Assembly (NCBI GenBank): GCA_965235115.1
Contig: OZ249438.1
Location: 40,238,001 to 40,302,000 of the forward strand
DNA length: 64,000 nucleotides
Direction of reading: 5' to 3'
DNA from: Laetmonice hystrix
Taxonomy: Eukaryota
Shown piece by piece: positions 1-9,556 of the stretch (position 1 is its first letter; every line of letters begins with the position of its first letter). The position numbers were made by a program, and so were the translations under genes. The notes beneath the pieces are model-generated. The model was not told where the DNA came from and searched no databases. It was given only the letters and a program-made list of their open reading frames with translations.

Positions 1-531
1 TTTGAGAATTGTGGAATGACGCCAGGCAGTGACGTTTGTATAGATTTCACGACCAAGGAACTGAGGACGTCAATCTACAGGGGTCATTATATTTTATATC
101 AGGACGCTGTCTTAACATCACTTCGTGAAGATACAATCCTTCAAAGTATTTTATGTAGCAAGTGTCAAGTCGGCTGAGACGACACTGAATATTGTTATAA
201 CAGTATTTGTTGTAAGTGTTGGCATGACAGAAAGTGTATGAATTATGTATCTACATCTCAGTGCTGTGATACTCTGAAGAGTGCCAGACGCACAGGGTCA
301 GGTTAAGGGTGATGAAAATCTTGGCAAGCCATCAGAGTTTCGTCATGGAGGACTAGTAGAAATACTTGAAAATGACAAAAAGCTTCAGTGAAGTCGTGAT
401 AAAACCATGGATGGACAGGTTTTGTTAGACAGTGGACAGTGTCATCGAGCGCAGTGATGTGAGTATTAGGATGGTGTGATTCAGGGGCGAATCAAGGTTC
501 TCAGTGTCATCGAGGACAGGGATGTGAGTAT

Positions 532-928
532 AGGGAGCCGAAGTCTCGTGACACAGTTACGGATTTTCTGGATAGGAGGTACAAATGGAGCGTCAATGTT
601 GACACCCAAATGTTACGTCACAAATTTCCCCATTGGTTTAACATAGGATGAAGAGACATCGTTCCAAAGATCGGCCTAGTCTTGAAGATTTTTGTGTTGT
701 TATGTATAAAAATTATCTATTCAAGCATAAAACAGATTGATACAAATATCTGGGAAGGTTTTATTACTAAGGGCAGCATAATTACAGAGAAATCACAAGT
801 TGAAGTTGACAGTCGCCGTTCCCTATGGCCGGCGCAATGCTAAACAAGCGTGAGCGATAATGACGTGTCAACAAAATCGATGTTTATCGCGTTGTAACGC
901 AACATCTCGTAACCTACTTCGGCTCCCT
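532..928. mobile_element. Non-autonomous TIR element (MITE, ~400 bp) inserted in a unit of the 65-bp minisatellite
   Basis: 530-544 atagggagccgaagt is the exact reverse complement of 916-930 acttcggctccctat. Removing 532-930 restores the normal unit text gagtattaggatgg, implying a 2-bp AT duplication. Confidence 0.8.
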
Positions 929-930
929 AT

Positions 931-2195
931 TAGGATGGTGTGATTCAGGGGCGAATCAAGGCTCTCAGTGTCATCGAGCGCAGTGATGTGAGTATTAGGA
1001 TGGTGTGATTCAGGGGCGAATCAAGGTTCTCAGTGTCATCGAGTGCAGTGATGTGAGTATTAGGATGGTGTGATTCAGGGGCGACTCAAGGTTCTCAGTG
1101 TCATCAAGGGCAGTGATGTGAGTATTAGGATGGTGTGATTCAGGGGTGAATCAAGGTTCTCAGTGTCATCGAGCGCAGTGATGTGAGTATTAGGATGGTG
1201 TGATTCAGGGGCGAATCAAGGTTCTCAGTGTCATCAAGGTTCTCAGTGTCATCGAGCGCAGTGATGTGAGTATTAGGATGGTGTGATTCAGGGGCGAATC
1301 AAGGTTCTCAGTGTCATCAAGGGCAGTGATGTGAGTATTAGGATGGTGTGATTCAGGGGCGAATCAAGGTTCTCAGTGTCATCGAGCGCAGTGATGTGAG
1401 TATTAGGATGGTGTGATTCAGGGGCGAATCAAGGTTCTCAGTGTCATCGAGGGCAGGGATGTGAGTATTAGGATGGTGTGATTCAGGGGCGAATCAAGGT
1501 TCTCAGTGTCATCGAGCGCAGTGATGTGAGTATTAGGATGGTGTGATTCAGGGGCGAATCAAGGTTCTCAGTGTCATCGAGCGCAGTGATGTGAGTATTA
1601 GGATGGTGTGATTCAGGGGTGAGTATTAGGATGGTGTGATTCAGGGGTGAATCAAGGTTCTCAGTGTCATCGAGCGCAGTGATGTGAGTATTAGGATGGT
1701 GTGATTCAGGGGCGAATCAAGGTTCTCAGTGTCATCGAGCGCAGTGATGTGAGTATTAGGATGGTGTGATTCAGGGGCGACTCAAGGTTCTCGGTGTCAT
1801 CGAGCGCAGTGATGTGAGTATTAGGATGGTGTGATTCAGGGGCGACTCAAGGTTCTCAGTGTCATGGAGCGCAGTGATGTGAGTATTAGGATGGTGTGAT
1901 TCAGGGGCGAATCAAGGTTCTCAGTGTCATCGAGAGCAATGATGTGAGTATTAGGATGGTGTGATTCAGGGGCGAATCAAGGTTCTCAGTGTCATCGAGC
2001 GCAGTGATGTGAGTATTAGGATGGTGTGATTCAGGGGTGAGTATTAGGATGGTGTGATTCAGGGGTGAATCAAGGTTCTCAGTGTCATCGAGCGCAGTGA
2101 TGTGAGTATTAGGATGGTGTGATTCAGGGGCGAATCAAGGTTCTCAGTGTCATCGAGCGCAGTGATGTGAGTATTAGGATGGTGTGATTCAGGGC
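931..2195. repeat. 65-bp minisatellite, ~19 units, plus one unit at ~441-530 left of the MITE
   Basis: Unit gtgatgtgagtattaggatggtgtgattcaggggcgaatcaaggttctcagtgtcatcgagcgca; period 65 (1261 to 1326); a few truncated units. Confidence 0.95.
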
Positions 2196-2584
2196 CGAAT
2201 CCAGGCGCAATATGTGACCAGTTCATACCAGCCAAGACGTTTTATGCATTCGGCCCTTTCCACATTAAATAATTTTCTACATGTAGGCCTAAAAATTGTT
2301 TTTTAAACCCTAGATGCCTGACTGGTTCACGTGAAGCAGTGTGAACCTGGATGCTGTGATTGACCGTGAATCCAGTAATCAGAGTCAAGGAATGCGTGGA
2401 ATGTGATGATGACTCAGGAATACGAACTCTGTGGGGGGAGTGTGTGTGGGGGGGGGGGGGGCGGTATCCGAGTGATCTCACGTTAGTTTGGATTGAAATG
2501 TAAAACTATTGAAGTGAAGTGAGGGTAGTTTAAAAGGACAAACAGGAAGACTTGCGTGATGCCCGCCAAGGTCGTCTACATATA

Positions 2585-2670
2585 CAGTCAAACCTCCGTA
2601 TAGTGAACACTTTTGGGACTGAGAAAAAGTGTTCACTAATCCCAGGTGTTCACTACCGGAGGTTTTACTG
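2585..2670. mobile_element. Short Tc1/mariner (pogo/Tigger-type) MITE
   Basis: TA|cagtcaaacctcc...ggaggttttactg|TA, with an inner inverted pair agtgaacac/gtgttcact. CAGT termini with TA flanks are typical of pogo-like elements. Confidence 0.7.
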
Positions 2671-2754
2671 TACTAGGTACGGGTCACTAACGGAGGTTTT
2701 ACTGTACTAGGTACGGGTCACTAACGGAGGTTTTACTGTACTAGGTACGGGTCA
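2657..2754. repeat. 34-bp tandem repeat x~3 (MITE right end plus flank)
   Basis: cggaggttttactgtactaggtacgggtcactaa at 2657, 2691 and 2725. Confidence 0.9.
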
Positions 2755-2929
2755 GCACAGTCTTGTATGCAGATTTAACTGTTGTGTCGCTGACAGAATA
2801 AATTGTGGCAGTAATATTGAAGTTCTTGCAGACTACTGAGGGCTCAAACAGTGATGGCGAACATAGAAATTGGAGCCCCAGGAGGGAAACATGGCGGGGT
2901 CGACGGTTAAAATACATCTGGGGGTTCCG

Positions 2930-3022
2930 TGTGTGGGTGTGTTTGGTGTGGGTGCGTGCGGTGTTGGTATGTGCGGTGTGGGTGTGTGCGGTGTGGGTGT
3001 GTGCGGTGTGGGTGTGTGCGTG
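2930..3022. repeat. GT-rich low-complexity repeat
   Basis: gtgtgggtgtgtgcg-type units. Confidence 0.85.
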
Positions 3023-4020
3023 CAATGTTCTTGTTATAATTTCCAATATCCCTTCAATGTACTTTACATAGATACAGGATAGCAAAGGATACGGTGTTGA
3101 GGATATGAAAATACTGCGTCCAAGAACTGAGGGATTCGTTTTGCTGGCTGCAGTGACAGCGGTTTCTGGCATGTTATTTTTTTCCCCTCTTTCTTTTTGT
3201 TGGTTGCTGTTTGGTTTATTTTTAAAGAATAATGTCTAATCTTATAATAACTTATTAAAAACTAAGTGTTATAATAAAGAACAAGCCAAGCGTATCACGG
3301 ATGTGAAGATGTCTGTATTTCTTTTAGGTCGGAGCAGAACTCTGAGAAGTTCTATAGAAAAACCACATATTGATCTCATGTATTGATCTTTTATGAATTT
3401 ATGTTTTTGTGGTGCTAAATCGTTTTACGTATAAGTGACATTGACACTGTCATTGATGCAGATGTTTATTTCAATCGATACTGTAAAAGCATAAAAAAAT
3501 CATTTCTTGTTTTTTTAAAAGTCATTGTTTGTTTGTAGTCCATGATCAAATAGATCATGTATTGGGTGATATTTGGCAAGTTATGTAGTACTATCCTTAG
3601 TAAGATCACAATGTGTTTACAGGCATATCTGTGTAAATAAGAAGGGTTAGAATAGATCGCCTCAAAATTAATGTCGAATATAAATGTACCAATAATGATG
3701 AATTGGGTATAAAATTAAATTTTTTGAAACACAACACTTCAAAATACTGCACTTAAAATACTTAACCATAATGCTCTAGAATAAAGCAGACTGTCAGGTG
3801 TGCTAGAGAGATATCCCTCAAACCATGGCCAGAAACAACGCTTGAAAGAGTAGATAAAATAATTATATCGTTGCTGTACGTCGTCTGTAGCACGCGTTTC
3901 TAGAAGGAATTGGTACTCCAACTCCTAACAGGATATTTCCCGAAGTTAAATCTTGCAGTACATTCTGTAGTGGTCGTGTCGACCTTTCAATGTGTGTAGA
4001 GGCGGGACTCTCTGTGCCTT

Positions 4021-4101
4021 CTCGACAATAAGTGTAGTAGACGATGATGGTTCCGTGAAATCTCGACAATAAGTGTAGTAGAAGATGATGGTTCCGTGAA
4101 A
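4021..4101. repeat. 41-bp direct duplication
   Basis: ctcgacaataagtgtagtag...ttccgtgaaa at 4021 and 4062. Confidence 0.85.
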
Positions 4102-4406
4102 TACAAAAGTTGTCCTTAGAACCTCGGCTTGCGGTACACTGTCATAATCTTTGTAAAAGATCGAAATTATTTGAAAACGACCTCATTTCGTTCTGTTTGA
4201 GTCACTGTTACCTCATGTGTCATGAGACTGAGGAGGGAGGGGTAGATACAGACACCCTTCCCCACCCCTCACGGGTACATTGCTAATGGTATACCCTCAT
4301 TGTTCACTAGTCTGTTGTACATTTCGTTGTAGAATAAATTATGAAGTTATACCGACCTCAGTAAAACGTCTTGCAGCGTTTATCTCACACGGGTTGTATG
4401 GCAGGA

Positions 4407-4637
4407 TTGGTGTGTTTGATTTAGCGATTTGACTGGTGTTCTAAGTGAGTTCGGTATGGTACCATATTGGTGCGTTTGATTTAGCGATTTGACTGGTATT
4501 CTAAGTGAGTTCGGTATGGTACCATATTGGTGCGTTTGATTTAGCGATTTGACTGGTATTCTAAGTGAGTTCGGTATGGTACCATATTGGTACGTTTGAT
4601 TTAGCGATTTGACTTGTATTCTAAGTGAGTTCGGTAC
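4407..4637. repeat. 60-bp tandem repeat x~4
   Basis: ctaagtgagttcggtatggtaccatattgg... recurs at 4441, 4501 and 4561. Confidence 0.9.
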
Positions 4638-5385
4638 TGTATTGCCCGTTTATCGAACCCACCTAACAGCCTGGTTATGACGTAGTTGGGTATGGGGTCT
4701 GCTTTCAGAATATTTAGGAAATTTCCGACGTTCTTTGATAGAGGTTATGCAGGTGACGTAATTTGGGGGGGGGGGGGGAATCAAATCGAGTTACATTTGT
4801 AAACAGGCGATAGAAACCAGTGAACCGTGTCCCGTCTCCTTTAATGCACATAAACAAACCATGCTGTTTCCCTCCAAATGACGTCACTGCATAAACCTCC
4901 GTACTGTCCCTGGTAAAAATGAAACTAGGTTTCCCCAGTGCTTTATCGTACGTAGTGATGGTTTTCAAAAGCAACTCGGCCCACCTCTAGTTGGAGAAAA
5001 AAATGATGTTACTCGATCCAATAACTGGATCTCTGAAGGTGTCCCTTGCTAAACGGGAGGAGGGGGGAGAGTAGCGTCCGCACATAAGTAACCCATCAGT
5101 GAGCATCTGCTAGTAGCGTCAGATGTGTGGTTTGGTGACGGTCTGTTTCACAGACCCGCTACCATTGAGGACAGAGGACGTAGTCGTGTGTCTGGTAGGA
5201 ACCGGCTATGGACACGAGGTACGTCTCTCATCTTATTCTCCTGTCAATCGTACGGGCGCATTTTGTTTGTCACGATTAGACAACAGTGGGCGATCCAGGG
5301 GGACCAAGATTTTGATAAGGAGGGCACCTAAATCTAAATTTGATTGTTAGTTTGAGAGTCTTCACACATGAAGTAGTCCAAAGAC

Positions 5386-5860
5386 TAATGCCCCTGATCC
5401 ACCGGTAGCGACTGCTTCGCAACTGACTAGCCTAAATAATCAAAGTTGCGAATCAGTCACAGAGAAAACTTTGCAAATGATTCGCAACTTTGATAACAAG
5501 TTGCGAATCAGTCGCGAAAGCTGATCCACCGGAAAATACAGTTGCCAAGTTCCAGTCGCCAGTGGGCGAAATCAAACATGTTTGATTTTGCCAAGGGAGG
5601 TTGCGAACAGGTTGCAAAGTAATTATGCCCCTGATCCACCGCTGGCAACTTGGCCTTGCGACCTGTTGGCAACCTATTGGCAACCTATTCGCAACTCGGG
5701 AAAGTCCTACAGTTGACATCCCAGTCGCGAACACGACACGAACACTATTTTGGTGGATCACCTGTCATGAGGGGTTTGCAACTGGCTCTGCGACTCACCT
5801 GGCTTTGCAACCTGTTCGCAACCTCCCTTGGCAAAATCAAATCAAACGCTAGGCGACGCG
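5386..5860. mobile_element. Inverted-repeat-rich non-autonomous element fragment
   Basis: tttgattttgccaagggaggttgcgaacaggttgcaaag (~5581-5619) has its reverse complement at ~5803-5841; ctgatccacc motif repeated; absent from the equivalent position of paralog units 2 and 3. Confidence 0.55.
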
Positions 5861-5895
5861 TACGCCTAGTGTGTTTGGTCATATTGAAATTACAT

Positions 5896-6258
5896 TGGGA
5901 ATACGCCAACGAATTCAATGTATCATTCAATGCCAAAAAGACTATGTGTGTATGTATAAGCGGTGGTGGTCAGCTGCCCAAACGCAGTGTCAAGTTATAC
6001 GGATCCCCTCTGACTTGGACCGATAAAGTCAAGTATTTGGGCAACATTATTAACAACAGCCTTAACGACTCTGATGATATGAGGATGAAAAAAGGTGTTT
6101 TTATCTCGCAGGTTAATAAACTAAACAACAAGTTTTCTTTTGTCTCAAATAATGTAAAGGGCAGTCTTCTACAAACCTATTGTAGTTCTTGGTATGGATG
6201 TCAAAATTGGGATTTGGAAAGTAAGCTTTCCAACAAGATGGACACGGAATGGAATAAA
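5896..6258 (+). mobile_element. Non-LTR retrotransposon (LINE, CR1/L2-group-like) ORF2 fragment, C-terminal to the RT core, truncated
   Basis: Translation EYANEFNVSFNAKKTMCV...VKYLG...LLQTYCSSWYGCQNW matches remembered FNxxKT, KYLG and YCxSxYGxxxW motifs. No YADD or endonuclease domain is present, and the 3' end is cut by a hairpin element. Confidence 0.75.
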
Positions 6259-6506
6259 GGCCTGTACCCACTAGCGCGTTTTACCGCTGCGGTCCACGCT
6301 GAGCGACAAAACGCGCTAGAGGGTTCAGTCCTTACGGCAAGCACAACCGCCTTCAGGAGATATGTGGACATTTCCGAATTACGTGGGAGTCCAAATTTTA
6401 TCACGATCAATACAACAATAATAGCTAAAGGCCTGAACCCACTAGCGCGTTTTGTCGCTCAGCGTGGCCCGCAGCGGTAAAACGCGCTAGTGGGTACAGG
6501 CCTTTA
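6257..6506. mobile_element. Nested-palindrome MITE (aaggcctgtacccactag...ctagtgggtacaggcctt)
   Basis: The left arm (6257-6333) and right arm (6427-6506) are near reverse complements, and each arm is itself a hairpin; flanks are TTAA-like. Confidence 0.7.
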
Positions 6507-7027
6507 CTTCTAATAAAAACGCTCGCGTCGCTCGCGTCCAGTGAGGATACAGCTTGAGCTGTATCCCCACGCTTGCGGCGCGTGCGGCGCGTGCGATGCG
6601 TGCGACGCGATCTTTTTTCTATCTTCACCAGATGCGCGTGATACGTCTGCGTATAGGCTACGGGCCTGGGAACATATAGGTATTTACATTATGCGCGTCT
6701 ATCAATTGCGGGTCCAGGATATCACTAAAGCCTAAAGGGGGAGGGGGCACAGGAAAGCAATTCATAATTGTTTGCATTACGAATTAAAGCTCATGCTCTT
6801 GTTCAAGGTCGTAGATCTCACTTCTGATTAGTCAAGATGTCTTTTGTCTCGCGCACGCGTCCAGTGAGGATACAGCTTGAGGATACAGCTTCAGACCTAA
6901 TCATTGCCGTAGGAAAGGGGAGGGGTATTCCCCCCCCCCCCAATTAAAGGGTAAGAGTGATGGAAGCATATTCCTATCATGTTAATCTGACTGACCCCCC
7001 CCCCCCCAACACACACACACCATACAT

Positions 7028-9258
7028 AGCTTCCTCTGCCTCTGTTAATTACGATTACTTAGTCAGAATCTCCCAATTCTGAGAGAGCTTCCTCCGCCTG
7101 TGTTAATTACATCATGATTACTTAGTCAGAATCTCCCAATTCTGAGAGAGCTTAGGATCTCCCAATTCTGAGAGAGCTTCCTCCGCCTGTGTTAATTACA
7201 TCATGATTACTTAGTCAGAATCTCCCAATTCTGAGAGAGCTTAGGATCTCCCAATTCTGAGAGAGCTTCCTCCGCCTGTGTTAATTACATCACGATGACT
7301 TAGTCAGAATCTCCCAATTCTGAGAGAGCTTTCTCCGCCTGTGTTAATTACATCACGATTACTTAGTCAGAATCTCCCAATTCTGAGAGAGCTAATACTG
7401 CTGACTGGGCGTTAAACACCAACTACTCACTCACTCTGAGAGAGCTTCCTCCGCCTGTGTTAATTACATCACGATGACTTAGTCAGAATCTCCCAATTCT
7501 GAGAGAGCTTTCTCCGCCTGTGTTAATTACATCACGATGACTTAGTCAGAATCTCCCAATTCTGAGAGAGCTTCCTCAGCCTGTGTTAATTACATCACGA
7601 TGACTTAGTCAGAATCTCCCAATTCTGAGAGAGCTTTCTCCGCCTGTGTTAATTACATCACGATGACTTAGTCAGAATCTCCCAATTCTGAGAGAGCTTC
7701 CTCAGCCTGTGTTAATTACATCGCGATGACTTAGTCAGAATCTCCCAATTCTGAGAGAGCTTCCTCCGCCTGTGTTAACTACATCGCGATTACTTAGTCA
7801 GAATCTCCCAATTCTGAGATAGCTTCCTCCGCCTGTGTTAATTACATCATGATTACTTAGTCAGAATCTCCCAATTCTGAGAGAGCTTCCTCCGCCTGTG
7901 TTAATTACATCCCGATGACTTAGTCAGAATCTCCCAATTCTGAGAGAGCTTCCTCCGCCTGTGTTAATTACATCGCGATTACTTAGTCAGAATCTCCCAA
8001 TTCTGAGAGAGCTTCCTCCGCCTGTGTTAACTACATCGCGATTACTTAGTCAGAATCTCCCAATTCTGAGATAGCTTTCTCCGCCTGTGTTAATTACATC
8101 ACGATGACTTAGTCAGAATCTCCCAATTCTGAGAGAGCTTTCTCCGCCTGTGTTAATTACATCACGATTACTTAGTCAGAATCTCCCAATTCTGAGAGAG
8201 CTAATACTGCTGACTGGGCGTTAAACACCAACTACTCACTCACTCTGAGAGAGCTTCCTCCGCCTGTGTTAATTACATCACGATGACTTAGTCAGAATCT
8301 CCCAATTCTGAGAGAGCTTTCTCCGCCTGTGTTAATTACATCACGATGACTTAGTCAGAATCTCCCAATTCTGAGAGAGCTTTCTCCGCCTGTGTTAATT
8401 ACATCACGATGACTTAGTCAGAATCTCCCAATTCTGAGAGAGCTTTCTCCGCCTGTGTTTATTACATCACGATGACTTAGTCAGAATCTCCCAATTCTGA
8501 GAGAGCTTCCTCAGCCTGTGTTAATTACATCGCGATGACTTAGTCAGAATCTCCCAATTCTGAGAGAGCTTCCTCCGCCTGTGTTAACTACATCGCGATT
8601 ACTTAGTCAGAATCTCCCAATTCTGAGATAGCTTCCTCCGCCTGTGTTAATTACATCATGATTACTTAGTCAGAATCTCCCAATTCTGAGAGAGCTTCCT
8701 CCGCCTGTGTTAATTACATCCCGATGACTTAGTCAGAATCTCCCAATTCTGAGAGAGCTTCCTCCGCCTGTGTTAATTACATCGCGATTACTTAGTCAGA
8801 ATCTCCCAATTCTGAGAGAGCTTCCTCCGCCTGTGTTAACTACATCGCGATTACTTAGTCAGAATCTCCCAATTCTGAGATAGCTTTCTCCGCCTGTGTT
8901 AATTACATCACGATGACTTAGTCAGAATCTCCCAATTCTGAGAGAGCTTCCTCCGCCTGTGTTAATTACATCGCGATGACTTAGTCAGAATCTCCCAATT
9001 CTGAGAGAGCTTCCTCCGCCTGTGTTAATTACATCGCGATTACTTAGTCAGAATCTCCCAATTCTGAGATAGCTTCCTCCGCCTGTGTTAATTACATCAT
9101 GATTACTTAGTCAGAATCTCACAATTCTGAGATAGCTTCCTCCGCCTGTGTTAATTACATCGCGATTACTTAGTCAGAATCTCCCAATTCTGAGAGAGCT
9201 TCCTCCGCCTGTGTTAATTACATCGCGATTACTTAGTCAGAATCTCACAATTCTGAGA
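7028..9258. repeat. 63-bp satellite, ~35 units, upstream of paralog 1
   Basis: Unit agcttcctccgcctgtgttaattacatcacgatgacttagtcagaatctcccaattctgagag; period 63 (8281 to 8344). A single homologous unit sits at ~18740-18800 and ~29386-29450. Confidence 0.95.
7393..7435 (+). mobile_element. 43-bp 5'-truncated retroposon (SINE/LINE) 3' tail with a 10-bp TSD; second copy at 8202-8244
   Basis: taatactgctgactgggcgttaaacaccaactactcactcact is flanked by ctgagagagc on both sides and ends in an (ACTC)n tail. It resembles the ggcgttaaac-type tails of invertebrate SINEs (from memory). Confidence 0.55.
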
Positions 9259-9556
9259 AAAACGCAGATCAGATCTTGCTATGGCCTGACCCCTGCTAAA
9301 TGACCGGAACCGGCATAGTCTGACCTGTTCTAGGCATAGTCTCAGCTGTTCTAGGCATAGTCTATTTCTGTTACCGAATACCTCGCCATAGACAGGTCTA
9401 TAAAGAAACACTGGGACCATTATAATTCCTGCATAAATCTTTTAGAAAAAATCATTCATTCATTTATTCATTCATTTATTCATTCAATTATGTAGGTACA
9501 TTTGTGTATTTATTTCAGTGTACACGGCAACTACTCCATAAATTCCCGCTGCCAAG

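Noticed and set aside
2741-3172. ORFs with HTHTA or VCAVW repeats
   Set aside because: They are translations of a GT-rich simple repeat.
4714-4974. 86-aa minus-strand ORF
   Set aside because: It has a non-ATG start, runs through a homopolymer tract, and shows no recognisable family or partner exons.
5650-6480. 276-aa ORF as an intact gene
   Set aside because: It is a chimera of MITE sequence, a LINE fragment and another MITE.
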